NCBI GenBank assembly: GCA_002898895.1 | Contig: BEHS01000002.1 | Coordinates: forward strand, 1-57,084 | From: a bacterium HR16 | Lineage (GTDB): Bacteria; Armatimonadota; HRBIN16 | Direction of reading: 5' to 3' | DNA length: 57,084 nt | Shown here: one piece after another, positions 1-8,714 of the stretch | Layout of the letters: every line of letters starts with the position of its first letter | Position numbering within the stretch: position 1 is the stretch's first letter | The notes under the pieces: model-generated | Told to the model about the DNA's origin: nothing | Seen by the model: the letters and a program-made list of their open reading frames with translations, nothing else | Database searches by the model: none | Made by a program: the position numbers and the translations under genes

Positions 1-1097
1 TCCAGCGTGTCGATAATCTGCGCCTCTTCCAGCGGGCCCAGCGTGACGCTGGTCAATACCTGCGTCTGCCCGCGCGTGAACAGGGCGGAGCCGTGTACCC
101 TTGGTAGCAACCCGACCATGCAGCTGATAGGACGAATTTCGTCGTACTTTCGCCCGTCGGGGCGCACTTTGTAATCGAGGATGAGCCGGCGCACCTGCTC
201 CTTCACCACCTTGTCGGCGGCTTCGCGCAGGTCGGTCTCCTGCTCCGGGTACTCCGGTAGCAGTGCCTGCACAATCTCCTCCTTAAGCAGTTCAATGGCT
301 TCCTCCCGCGCCGACTTGTCGGGTTGCTGGATGGCCTGCAATACCTGCTCGGCGAACTGCTCACGCACGCGGGTGAGGATGTCCTCCGGTACGGTGTAGA
401 TGGGTACTTCTGCCTTGACCGTGCCCACTTTCGCCGCGAGCTCTTCCTGAATGGCGCAAATCGGCTTGATGTGTTCATGAGCGAGGTCCAGCGCTTCGAG
501 GATTTCCGCCTCGCTGATTTCGTTCGCGCCAGCCTCGACCATCACGATGTAGTCCTTTGTGCCCGCGACCACCAGGTCCAGGTCGCCGCTCTCCACCTGC
601 TCAAACGAGGGGTTGATGACGAACTCCCCGTTCACCTTGCCGATGCGCACCGCGCCGACGGGACCATTAAACGGGATGTTCGAAACGGTCAATGCGGCAG
701 ACGCACCGATGATGGAGAGCACATCGGGCAGGTGCTCGTTGTCCACCGACAGGGGCATCGCGATAACCTGCACCTCGTTGCGCATCCCGCTGGGGAACAG
801 CGGACGCAAAGGGCGGTCGATAAGGCGGGCGGTCAGCACCGCTTTGTCGCTGGGGCGTCCGCCCCGCTTGATGAACCCGCCCGGTATCTTGCCGACGGAA
901 TACTTGCGTTCCTCGTAGTCCACCACCAGCGGGAAGAAATCGATATCGGTGCGTGCTTCCCGGCTCATGGTGGCGGTGCAGAGTACGATGGTGTCGCCCG
1001 AACGCACAAGAACGGCACCGTTTGCTTGCTTGGCGACACGGCCGGTCTCAATCTGGATGAGTTGACCGGCGACTTCCACTTCGACGGTGTGTATCAT
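1..1097 (-). CDS. pnp: Polynucleotide phosphorylase (PNPase), N-terminal part. The C-terminus runs off the left edge of the window.
   Basis: Hand translation of the minus strand from ATG at 1097 gives MIHTVEVEVAGQLIQIETGRVAKQANGAVLVRSGDTIVLCTAT...DFFPLVVDYEERKYSVGKIPGGFIKRGGRPS..., a typical PNPase RNase-PH-like N-terminus. A GAGGAG RBS lies upstream. It sits directly downstream of rpsO, as in the conserved rpsO-pnp arrangement. It is absent from the ORF track because there is no stop in the window. Confidence 0.9.
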   Translation of the reverse strand, partial: MIHTVEVEVAGQLIQIETGRVAKQANGAVLVRSGDTIVLCTATMSREARTDIDFFPLVVDYEERKYSVGKIPGGFIKRGGRPSDKAVLTARLIDRPLRPLFPSGMRNEVQVIAMPLSVDNEHLPDVLSIIGASAALTVSNIPFNGPVGAVRIGKVNGEFVINPSFEQVESGDLDLVVAGTKDYIVMVEAGANEISEAEILEALDLAHEHIKPICAIQEELAAKVGTVKAEVPIYTVPEDILTRVREQFAEQVLQAIQQPDKSAREEAIELLKEEIVQALLPEYPEQETDLREAADKVVKEQVRRLILDYKVRPDGRKYDEIRPISCMVGLLPRVHGSALFTRGQTQVLTSVTLGPLEEAQIIDTL

Positions 1098-1152
1098 GGA
1101 TAGATGGAACTCCTCTTGGTTGAATCTTCATATCTGGCTACACAGGTAACCG

Positions 1153-1428
1153 CTACTGCTTGCTGCGGATGCCCAGTGAGTTGACCAGCGCGCGGTAGCG
1201 CTGAATATCCTGCCGAGCCAGATAGTCGAGCAATCTCTTGCGCTCACCAACCAGCATCATCAGCCCGCGCCGCGTGTGATAATCGTGCTTATGCTGGCGC
1301 AGATGCTCGGTAAGCAGGTTGATGCGCGCGGTCAGCAGAGCCACCTGCACTTCGGGCGAACCGGTGTCGCCCTCGAAGCGCCGGTATTTCTGGATAATCT
1401 CGGCTTTCTGCTCTTTGGTCAACGGCAT
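1153..1428 (-). CDS. rpsO: 30S ribosomal protein S15
   Basis: The 91-aa [59 protein letters not shown]... is a near-textbook S15 sequence. pnp lies downstream. Confidence 0.95.
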   Translation of the reverse strand: MPLTKEQKAEIIQKYRRFEGDTGSPEVQVALLTARINLLTEHLRQHKHDYHTRRGLMMLVGERKRLLDYLARQDIQRYRALVNSLGIRSKQ

Positions 1429-1568
1429 TCTCCGTGCTTTTCCCCCTTTCTGAGGTTGGGATTGTGGTGCGTCGCCTCGCTTTCACCGTCTCCGTGCCGT
1501 TCTACGGTTGTCCCCGGGGGGACAACGGCACAACGGCAGAAGGCGATGCATGGCGTGCGCACCATGAT

Positions 1569-1597
1569 AGTTTAGCATATACGCGGGCAGAAGTCAA
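1569..1597 (-). promoter_or_regulatory. Candidate sigma70-type promoter for rpsO-pnp
   Basis: On the minus strand: TTGACT (1597-1592), a 17-nt spacer, then TAAACT (1574-1569), about 140 nt upstream of the rpsO start. Confidence 0.4.
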
Positions 1598-1618
1598 TCG
1601 GCACGGGGGCGATGACAT

Positions 1619-1646
1619 GGAGGGTCACGCTCTGTGGTGACCCTCC
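1619..1646. repeat. Perfect 10-bp-stem hairpin (GGAGGGTCAC-N8-GTGACCCTCC). Probable terminator of the upstream minus-strand gene, and related to the GGAGGGTCGCGCTCCGTCGCGACC repeat class.
   Basis: The inverted repeat was read directly. It lies 25 nt downstream of the stop of the 1671-2585 ORF. Its sequence resembles the class-B units at 48796-48897. Confidence 0.5.
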
Positions 1647-1670
1647 GGTGCGATAATCGCATTCACCTCG

Positions 1671-2585
1671 CTACTTCCCGCCGCTTTTGGGTTTCGCCGG
1701 TTGAGCGGGTGCGCTCGGTTTAGTGGGTTCCTCCTTTTTCCTGGCGCGTTCCGCTGCCAGCTCCGCCGCACGCCGGCTTGCCTGTTCCACCAGGGGTTTC
1801 ACCTGTTGTCCGGGAATAACAAACACCCCGCCCGTGCCGGAACTGCCACCGCCCGAAAGCAGGCGCATAAACAGCGTAAAGCCCATCGTGTCGCCGCCTT
1901 CTTCTTTCACTTCCGGGGCGATGGTGGTTAGCACGCCGACGAGCTCGCCGTTCAGGGTGAATACCGGCAAACCCAGCTGGGAAATATCGCCCAGAAGCAT
2001 CCACGCACGACGCGGTTTGGCGATTTCGCCGCAAATCTGCCCCAGTGCGAAGTAGGGCGCATAGTCGTACCCTTTGGTCAGGCGCGAGACGGCGATGACC
2101 TGCTGTCCCAGCTTTGCATCCACCGCGCTGCCAAGGTCCACCGGCGTGAGTTGCCTGTCACCCAGCCCTTCCACCTTAACGAAAGCCAGGTCGAGCTTGG
2201 TATCGGTGGCGGCGAGGAAAGCGTCATACTCCTTGTCCTCGTTGCCGAAGGTGACCTTGATGGAGGTGGGGGTCATCTTGTAGTCCATGCCTGCGGGCAT
2301 GGACTCCCCGGCGAGCATCTCCATCATCCGCTTCGGGGAGAAAGGCGAGTTCGAAAGCATAATCAGTCCGTCAGGCGTTACCACCACGCCCTGCAGGCTT
2401 ATTTTGGACTCTTCATCCATACTCTCGCCGCCCATCTTCATGGTGGTCTTTATTACCACCTTCACGTTGGCGATGGAAGGAGCCACTTTCTCTACCACCG
2501 CCTGCACGCCCGCCGTTTCGTTCTGCGCAGTCGCGACGCAGAGTACCGTCAGGCTGATGAAAACAGCCCAGAGCCATTTGCTCAT
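1671..2585 (-). CDS. Secreted trypsin-fold (HtrA-like) protein without recognisable catalytic His/Ser motifs; probable pseudo-protease
   Basis: Signal peptide MSKWLWAVFISLTVLCVATAQ and an AGGAGG RBS. The Asp-strand motif LDLAFVKVEG is present. The family motif TNxHV is replaced by LSNSPF, and GNSGGP by SQLGLPVF...NGELVGV. The tail is Lys/Pro/Ala-rich. Confidence 0.55.
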   Translation of the reverse strand: MSKWLWAVFISLTVLCVATAQNETAGVQAVVEKVAPSIANVKVVIKTTMKMGGESMDEESKISLQGVVVTPDGLIMLSNSPFSPKRMMEMLAGESMPAGMDYKMTPTSIKVTFGNEDKEYDAFLAATDTKLDLAFVKVEGLGDRQLTPVDLGSAVDAKLGQQVIAVSRLTKGYDYAPYFALGQICGEIAKPRRAWMLLGDISQLGLPVFTLNGELVGVLTTIAPEVKEEGGDTMGFTLFMRLLSGGGSSGTGGVFVIPGQQVKPLVEQASRRAAELAAERARKKEEPTKPSAPAQPAKPKSGGK

Positions 2586-2672
2586 ATTTGCATTCCTCCT
2601 TTTATCATACCCTGAAAGGGTGGTTCCCTGTGCCCGAACGGCTTGGCGGAGCCTTGTCCTCCAGAGAGTTTG

Positions 2673-4724
2673 TTATGGCAGAAGCTTCGCCCAATCGGGT
2701 TCGATGAACACAAAATGGGTGCGTCCGCCGCGCCGCAGGAAGATACGCGTCACCTTCGGACGTTCTTTCACCACGCGCGCCATCACCTGCTCGAAGGCGT
2801 GGGTGTCCGCAACAGGTATACCGTTGATGCTCAGTATCAGGTCATCTGCGCGTAGACCGGCCAGGTTTGCCCAGCCGCCCATCGTACATTCTACCACCAG
2901 CACGCCGTTCTGGTTGCGCTCCCAGCGGTTTTCCATGCGGTCTAGTGGGGTGATGTCGCGCACCACGAACTCGAACTCCTTCTGGCGCACGCGTCTGGCG
3001 GTCTCGCCGGAGGCGGGGGTCTCCTCCAGTGTAACCGATACCTTCTGCGTTTTGCCGCCGCGCAGAATGGTCAGCTCCACCTGTTCCCCTACCGACATAT
3101 CCTCGATAATCCGGCGCAGCTCGTCGGCATCCTGCGGGCGGGAGGCTTCCAGTTCGGTATCGTTTATGGCGAGGATGATGTCACCGGTGCGCAGTCCCGC
3201 CTTGCCCGCCTCGGTCCAGGGGTAGACTTCGGTGATGCGGAAGCCACGAGCCTCTTCTACACCGACCGCTTTTGCCACCTCGGAGGTGACGACCTGCGTC
3301 TTGACCCCCAGCCAGGGCTTTGCCAGCTCACCGCCCATCGTGTCGGGAGGCGGCGTGCTCAGCTTCGCAACGGTAACCAGATGTTCCTCGCCGCGGCGGA
3401 AGTGCACAATCGCTTCTCCGCCGTTTTTCACCGCCGCTGCAATCGCTTTGCGCAGGGCAACCAGGTTGGGAGTGGCAACGCCGTTGACGGAGGTAATGAT
3501 GTCGTTTCGTTTCAAGTTCGGGCGCGCGCTATCGAACGGATAGCCCGGACGCACGCCTGTTACCAGCACTCCCTGTTGCGTGGCGAGTTTTCGCGCGACG
3601 ACCATGGCGCGAGTAATGTTTTGCGCGGTGATGCCTGCCTCCCGAAACTCCTCCTCATCGCCGCTGGAGCGTTCCCACTGCGCGGTCACCGCGCTCACCT
3701 TACGTTCCTTGCCCCCGCGCAACAGACGGATGGTCACCTTCTTGCCCACAGGCAGAGAGGCAATCCGCTGGTAGAAGAGGGGTATCTCCTCGAAAAAGCG
3801 GGCGTTCGTGGCTGCACCGTCGATAGACAGGATGATGTCACCGGGCTGGATGCCCGCTTTCTGCGCAGGCGAGCCGGGGAATACCGAGGAGACCAGCACG
3901 CCTGTTTTGCGTCCCAGCTTCTCTACCGGTAGAACCGTCAGCCCCAGCCATCCACGCTGGATACGCCCTGTCTTCAGCACCTGCTGTAACACCTGCCTGG
4001 CGAGGTTAGATGGGATAGCAAAACCCATACCGCTGCCCCCCAGCTCGTTAATGCCCACCACCTCGCCGTTAAGGCTTACCAGCGGTCCGCCGGAGTTGCC
4101 CGGAAGTATCAGCGCGTCGTGCTGAATCCAGCGGGTAAGTAAGCCGGTGCTTTCGCCCTCATCCAGCTCCATCTCTTCAATCTCGGTCTGCGTGAAGTCG
4201 GTAAAGACGCGCCGCGTGTTGGAGACAATGCCCAGCGTTGCCGACGAGGAGAGCATCAGCGGGTTGCCCATCGCCAGCACGTATTCGCCCACCTTCAGCG
4301 CATCCGAGTTGCCGAGGCTGGCGTAGGGGAAACGGCGTTTGGGGTCGGCGCGCAGTTTGAGGATGCTCAGGTCGGTCAGCGGGTCGTGCGCGACGACAGT
4401 GGCTTCCAGCGTTTCGCCGGTGGTCAGGGAGCAGGTGATACGAGTAGAATTGCCCGCTACGTGGTAGTTGGTGAGCACATGTCCCTGCGGTGTGACGATG
4501 ACGCCGCTTCCACCGGAGGGCGATCGCTGGGCGCGTCCTTCGCTGAAATAGCGTGTGACTGCCAGGATATTGACCACTGCCGGGTACACCTTGTCGCGGG
4601 CGCGCTCGATGTCGCGCCGTAAGGCATCGGGGTACGCTCGCTGGGCAGAGGCGAAAGGATGCAGGCAAACAAAGCAGACAGCCAGTATGAGCATTGTCGC
4701 TGCGCGGCAGGTGCTTACAGGCAT
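2673..4724 (-). CDS. htrA: HtrA/DegP-family periplasmic serine protease with four PDZ-like domains
   Basis: Triad motifs are TNYHVAGN, DLSILKL and GNSGGPLVSLNGEVVGIN. Four successive PDZ-like segments follow, recognisable by GSPAQKAGIQPGDIILSIDG, NLKRNDIITSVNG, AGKAGLRTGDIILAIND and LAGLRADDLILSING. There is a signal peptide and a GGGAGGG RBS. Confidence 0.9.
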   Translation of the reverse strand: MPVSTCRAATMLILAVCFVCLHPFASAQRAYPDALRRDIERARDKVYPAVVNILAVTRYFSEGRAQRSPSGGSGVIVTPQGHVLTNYHVAGNSTRITCSLTTGETLEATVVAHDPLTDLSILKLRADPKRRFPYASLGNSDALKVGEYVLAMGNPLMLSSSATLGIVSNTRRVFTDFTQTEIEEMELDEGESTGLLTRWIQHDALILPGNSGGPLVSLNGEVVGINELGGSGMGFAIPSNLARQVLQQVLKTGRIQRGWLGLTVLPVEKLGRKTGVLVSSVFPGSPAQKAGIQPGDIILSIDGAATNARFFEEIPLFYQRIASLPVGKKVTIRLLRGGKERKVSAVTAQWERSSGDEEEFREAGITAQNITRAMVVARKLATQQGVLVTGVRPGYPFDSARPNLKRNDIITSVNGVATPNLVALRKAIAAAVKNGGEAIVHFRRGEEHLVTVAKLSTPPPDTMGGELAKPWLGVKTQVVTSEVAKAVGVEEARGFRITEVYPWTEAGKAGLRTGDIILAINDTELEASRPQDADELRRIIEDMSVGEQVELTILRGGKTQKVSVTLEETPASGETARRVRQKEFEFVVRDITPLDRMENRWERNQNGVLVVECTMGGWANLAGLRADDLILSINGIPVADTHAFEQVMARVVKERPKVTRIFLRRGGRTHFVFIEPDWAKLLP

Positions 4725-4859
4725 TTACACCCTCCCTACTTCCAGAACTTTTTCGTGGATTATCTATTCACCTTCACTCTGCCTGTTTCCTGTGCTTGCG
4801 AAGGAATTCGCCCGGCACAGAGCTAAGCGTGAGAAAGAGTAGCAACGCAGGAGGTAGAG

Positions 4860-5912
4860 ATGGACTTCGATCTGTTGAAACGGCTTTGCGAGGCTCCGGG
4901 CATTCCGGGCAAGGAAGACCATATCCGCGAGGCGGTCAAAGAGGCGTTGGCTCCGCTGGTGGATAGCATCGAGGTAGACGTGATGGGCAACGTGGTGGGT
5001 GTGAAGCGGGGCAACGGCGCACGCAAGGTGATGCTGGCAGCGCATATCGACGAAATCGGCTTCATGGTGCGCCATATCGACGACAAGGGTTTTGTGCGTC
5101 TACAGCCACTGGGTGGTTTCGACGCACGTCAGCTGTTCGCTCAGCGCGTGCTGGTACATACGCGCAAGGGTGAGGTATTGCGTGGCGTGCTGGCGTACTC
5201 TACCAAGCCGGCGCACATGCTCACGCCCGAAGAGATGAACAAAGCACCGCAAATCGAAAGCTTCTTTGTGGACCTGGGCATGACCGCCGAACAGGTAAAA
5301 GAGAAGGTCTCTGTGGGCGATATGGTGACGATGGACCGCACCACCGAATCATGCGGAGACACCTTCTTCGGTAAGGCGATGGACGACCGCGTGGGCGTGT
5401 TCGTGATGATCGAAGCCATGCGCCTGTTGAAGGACAAGCGCACAGAGGTGGACATTTACGCCGTTGCCACCACGCAGGAGGAAGTCGGCTTGCGCGGAGC
5501 GACCACCGCTGCTTACGCCATAGAACCCGACATCGGCATCGCGCTGGATGTGACGCTGGCGAACGACTACCCCGGTCCCTCTGACACCGAAACGGTGACC
5601 AGGCTGGGGCAGGGGGTTGCCATCAAGATTATGGACGGCAGCCTGATATGTCATCCCAAACTGGTGGAACACTTCCGCGAGATCGCCGAGCGTGAGCAAA
5701 TCCCGCATCAGATGGAGATTCTGCCTCGTGGCGGCACCGACGCAGGCGCGTTGCAGCGAAGCCGCGCGGGTACGGTCAGTATCACTATCAGCGTACCCAC
5801 TCGTTATGTGCATACGGTGAACGAGATGGTGCACCGCAAGGACGTAGAAGCGGCGGCCACACTGGTAGCGCGCTATCTGGAGGAGGCGCATACCAGAGAC
5901 TACCGGTATTGA
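4860..5912 (+). CDS. M42-family metallo-aminopeptidase (FrvX/YsdC/CelM-like)
   Basis: 350 aa, MDFDLLKRLCEAPGIPGKEDHIREAVKE...AHIDEIGFMV...DDRVGV...TTQEEVGLRGA...; family-typical metal-ligand motifs. GGAGG RBS. Confidence 0.85.
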   Translation: MDFDLLKRLCEAPGIPGKEDHIREAVKEALAPLVDSIEVDVMGNVVGVKRGNGARKVMLAAHIDEIGFMVRHIDDKGFVRLQPLGGFDARQLFAQRVLVHTRKGEVLRGVLAYSTKPAHMLTPEEMNKAPQIESFFVDLGMTAEQVKEKVSVGDMVTMDRTTESCGDTFFGKAMDDRVGVFVMIEAMRLLKDKRTEVDIYAVATTQEEVGLRGATTAAYAIEPDIGIALDVTLANDYPGPSDTETVTRLGQGVAIKIMDGSLICHPKLVEHFREIAEREQIPHQMEILPRGGTDAGALQRSRAGTVSITISVPTRYVHTVNEMVHRKDVEAAATLVARYLEEAHTRDYRY

Positions 5913-5918
5913 GGATAA

Positions 5919-5944
5919 AGGGCGCGAGAACTATCTCGCGCCCT
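5919..5944. terminator. Bidirectional hairpin terminator between convergent genes
   Basis: AGGGCGCGAGA-ACTA-TCTCGCGCCCT, an 11-bp perfect stem placed between the stop at 5912 (+) and the stop at 5959 (-). Confidence 0.6.
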
Positions 5945-5958
5945 CTTGCGATTAGAGC

Positions 5959-7203
5959 CTACTTTCGCCGTGCGAGCGTGCGTCTGCGCATCGCGCCCGC
6001 CAGTCCCAACAGCCCCGTGCTGAAGAGAACCAGCGTTGACGCATCAGGCACAGGTGTGCCGGAAACGGAAAGGAACAGCCCTCGCTGTCCTGACCCGGGT
6101 CCGGCGAACTGCGCGATATACCCCGCAGGTACCCGCATCTGTAGAAAGTCGTTCGTTGTGTTCAGAGTGAACGGCACCTGCAGATCGAACCATTTCCCCG
6201 ACGAAGGTTCGTAGAAGAAGGGACGTAGAGTGGACTCAATGATGGGCATCCATTTGGGGTCTTTGACGTCGATCAGCTGCCCCTCGCCCTCCTGACCATC
6301 TTCATATGGGATGGTGATATCGAAGAAGACGTCGAAAAAGGAGCTGACCTGCGGCGTTTGCTCCGTGCTGATGTGTACCCCTTTCATCATGCGCTCCACA
6401 CCGGCTGGCACGTTCAGCGGGTCAGGCATAGAGTGGAACTCGGTGGCACTGAACACCAGCTCGTTGTCCGCAGTGAACAGGTTATCGGGGATGTCTATTT
6501 CCGCGTTCAAGGTGTGCGGAGTGAAGGGAAGCTCATCCGGGAAGCCCAGCACCTCCAGATGCGCGTCCTTGTTGGGACCAACAGGGGCTTGCGCTTTTCG
6601 AATGGGTGCGGTTGAAGACTTGTTCGCCTCATTCTTATCGTCCTGTGAGATGGTGGTCACATCGTCGTTTTTGGTGTCACCGCCCTGAGGGTCTTTGATT
6701 TTGCCCGTTTTGCTGCGAGTGCCTCCCTGATGTGTCAGACGCAGGGTGTGACTCAACTCATGCTTCATCGTGCTGACAGGGTTCTTCTTGTCGTCGTCGT
6801 TGAATCCCCATCCCTTCTCGAATTTCGGGTCAATCACCACCGAACGTTTCGTGACCTCGCGGTTTTTGTCGATGTTGTCAAAGGTGGTATGCGCGCCACC
6901 TCCGCCCGACTTACCTGTTTTGATTTCAATGTCGTGGTCACCAGCTGTACCCTCTACAAACTCCCAGCCGGTATCCGCTTTGACACCGTTCCAGTTGTCC
7001 ATCGCCTCCTTCACGATGTCCTTGAGCTTTTTCCCGCCGAACTCCTTGTCGGCATCGGCGGCGTTGACGTGCACCTTTAACTTGCGCTTCTTGTCCTTCC
7101 AGTCCCACGTGTCGTTGATGCCGGCGAAGGAGGGGAGGACGAAGGTGCAAACCACCGCCAGCATAGCGATGACGGACAGAATTGCGCGAACACGAGTTCC
7201 CAT
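5959..7203 (-). CDS. Secreted metzincin-like zinc metalloprotease with a C-terminal PEP-CTERM sorting signal
   Basis: N-terminal signal/TM segment. Zinc motif HELSHTLRLTH (HExxHxxxxxH). C-terminus VPDASTLVLFSTGLLGLAGAMRRRTLARRK (PEP-like motif, TM helix, Arg cluster). AAGGAGG RBS. Confidence 0.75.
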   Translation of the reverse strand: MGTRVRAILSVIAMLAVVCTFVLPSFAGINDTWDWKDKKRKLKVHVNAADADKEFGGKKLKDIVKEAMDNWNGVKADTGWEFVEGTAGDHDIEIKTGKSGGGGAHTTFDNIDKNREVTKRSVVIDPKFEKGWGFNDDDKKNPVSTMKHELSHTLRLTHQGGTRSKTGKIKDPQGGDTKNDDVTTISQDDKNEANKSSTAPIRKAQAPVGPNKDAHLEVLGFPDELPFTPHTLNAEIDIPDNLFTADNELVFSATEFHSMPDPLNVPAGVERMMKGVHISTEQTPQVSSFFDVFFDITIPYEDGQEGEGQLIDVKDPKWMPIIESTLRPFFYEPSSGKWFDLQVPFTLNTTNDFLQMRVPAGYIAQFAGPGSGQRGLFLSVSGTPVPDASTLVLFSTGLLGLAGAMRRRTLARRK

Positions 7204-7530
7204 TGCAAGGTCCTCCTTGAGAGATTTACTCTGTTGCGGGTACTCGGCTTGGGGTACACAGGGTCGCTAACGCTTCCACAGTGGGCAGTTTGCACCCTGA
7301 GCAAAGCACCAGTAGCAGAGGATGTTTTTCAGTACTTATATACTGCAAGAATCGTACCACTCACGCGATTTTTGTGGAAATTTCAACAAAATTTTATAAA
7401 ATCACTAATTGTGACGGTAATTTCCAGCAATCCGTCAACCCTTAACATTGTAATGGTAACGCAAGCGGATAGCAGTACTTGACCTCTGATTAATCTGGAT
7501 ATGCGTGTTCTGGACAAAGTGTGCTTCAAC

Positions 7531-7648
7531 CTGTTTTGTCATGCTGAGCGTCAGCGAAGCATCTCAGAGTAGCGATACAACGAGATTCTTCGCTCGCGCT
7601 CAGAATGACAGGGTTGGCGGAACCGTTCCGCTTAATATCCAGATAATC
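7531..7648. repeat. MITE-like palindromic intergenic element, copy A
   Basis: Inverted arms GTCATGCTGAGCG (7538-7550) and CGCTCAGAATGAC (7598-7610) with 1 mismatch. It shares its left end CTGTTT(T)GTC, the core GAAGCATCTC and the right end ATCCAGATAATC with the copy at 15001-15079. Confidence 0.5.
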
Positions 7649-7728
7649 ACGTGCGGTCGAGTAGTGGAGCGTCAAACATGCTTCCTGGCGTCTTAGCCAG
7701 CTGGAGGGAAAGGCTCAGCCGGAGAGAA

Positions 7729-8124
7729 TCATCTCGCGGCTTCGGCGGCTGCCTTTGCCAGCTTGTCTGCAATCTGGTTTTGCGAACGGGGAATGTGCCG
7801 TACGCTCGCGCTTTTGAACAGTCGCAGTAAAGCTCTGGCGCGCCTGTAGAGAGGCTGGAGGTGGGGAGAATGCACCCCGTACAGCCCGTTTATCTGGCGC
7901 GCCAGCAGCTCGCTGTCGGTGTATACCTCCACCGTGTCGGCGCCGAGCGCACGCGCTTCCTCCAACCCCCGTATCAGCGCGCGGTACTCGGCGACATTGT
8001 TGGTGGTTTCTCCGATGGGTTCGCCGATTTCCTTCACCGGCTCGCCTGCGTCGTTACACAGCACCACACCGATACCCGCCCTGCCCGGGTTGCCCCGTGA
8101 TGCGCCGTCAATGTATATCTTCAT
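7729..8124 (-). CDS. rnhA: Ribonuclease HI (type 1 RNase H)
   Basis: 131 aa, MKIYIDGASRGNPGRAGIGVVL...NNVAEYRALIRGLEEA...VYTDSELLARQ...; carries the DEDD-type RNase H motifs. Its start overlaps the upstream gene (ATGA). Confidence 0.8.
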   Translation of the reverse strand: MKIYIDGASRGNPGRAGIGVVLCNDAGEPVKEIGEPIGETTNNVAEYRALIRGLEEARALGADTVEVYTDSELLARQINGLYGVHSPHLQPLYRRARALLRLFKSASVRHIPRSQNQIADKLAKAAAEAAR

Positions 8125-8672
8125 AACCCCAGCTCATCCGCGATAGTGGACATGGCGTGAATCACGTTCTGCACATGCTCGTCAAACGGCACGCCGATTT
8201 CCTCTGCACCTTTCAGCAGCTCCTCACGGCTTACCGCACGGGCGAAGGCTTTATCCTTCATCTTCTTGCGCACCGCCGCCACGTCTACCTCTGCCAGCTT
8301 CTTATTCGGGCGTACCAGCGCCACCGCCGTGACGAATCCCGTGAGCTCGTCGCAGGCGTAGAGGGTATGCTCCATGCGCGTTTGGCGGGGAATGCCCGTG
8401 TGGTCGGCGTGCGCACCAACGGCACGAACCACCTCTTCAGGGTAGCCCTTTTGCCTCAATATCTCCATGCCCACAAAGGGGTGCTCTTCCAGCGAGGGGT
8501 GCTGGTCATAGTCCAGGTCGTGAAGCAATCCGGTGATGCCCCACAGCTCCTCGTCCTCGTTCCAAAGGCGGGCATAGTGGCGCATACATGCCTCTACCGC
8601 CAGCGCATGGCGGCGCAGGTTTTCAGATTGCGTGTATTCGCACAGCAAAGCCCATGCTTCCTCTCGGTTCAA
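8121..8672 (-). CDS. HD-domain phosphohydrolase
   Basis: 183 aa with RHALAVEACMRHYA...LLHDLDY (H...HD motif). TTG start with a GAGGAGG RBS. Confidence 0.75.
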   Translation of the reverse strand: MNREEAWALLCEYTQSENLRRHALAVEACMRHYARLWNEDEELWGITGLLHDLDYDQHPSLEEHPFVGMEILRQKGYPEEVVRAVGAHADHTGIPRQTRMEHTLYACDELTGFVTAVALVRPNKKLAEVDVAAVRKKMKDKAFARAVSREELLKGAEEIGVPFDEHVQNVIHAMSTIADELGL

Positions 8673-8714
8673 GGCATACCTCCTCAGTGTGTTTGCGTCT
8701 TTGCATGAGATGAC

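Noticed and set aside
7204-7360. Possible c-di-GMP or other riboswitch in the protease leader
   Set aside because: A long-range stem exists, but none of the diagnostic conserved nucleotides could be aligned by eye. It is mentioned only as something to scan with covariance models.
7505-7696. 63-aa ORF in the intergenic region (also 14886-15077)
   Set aside because: It reads straight through the palindromic MITE-like element. The apparent peptide is a by-product of the repeat.
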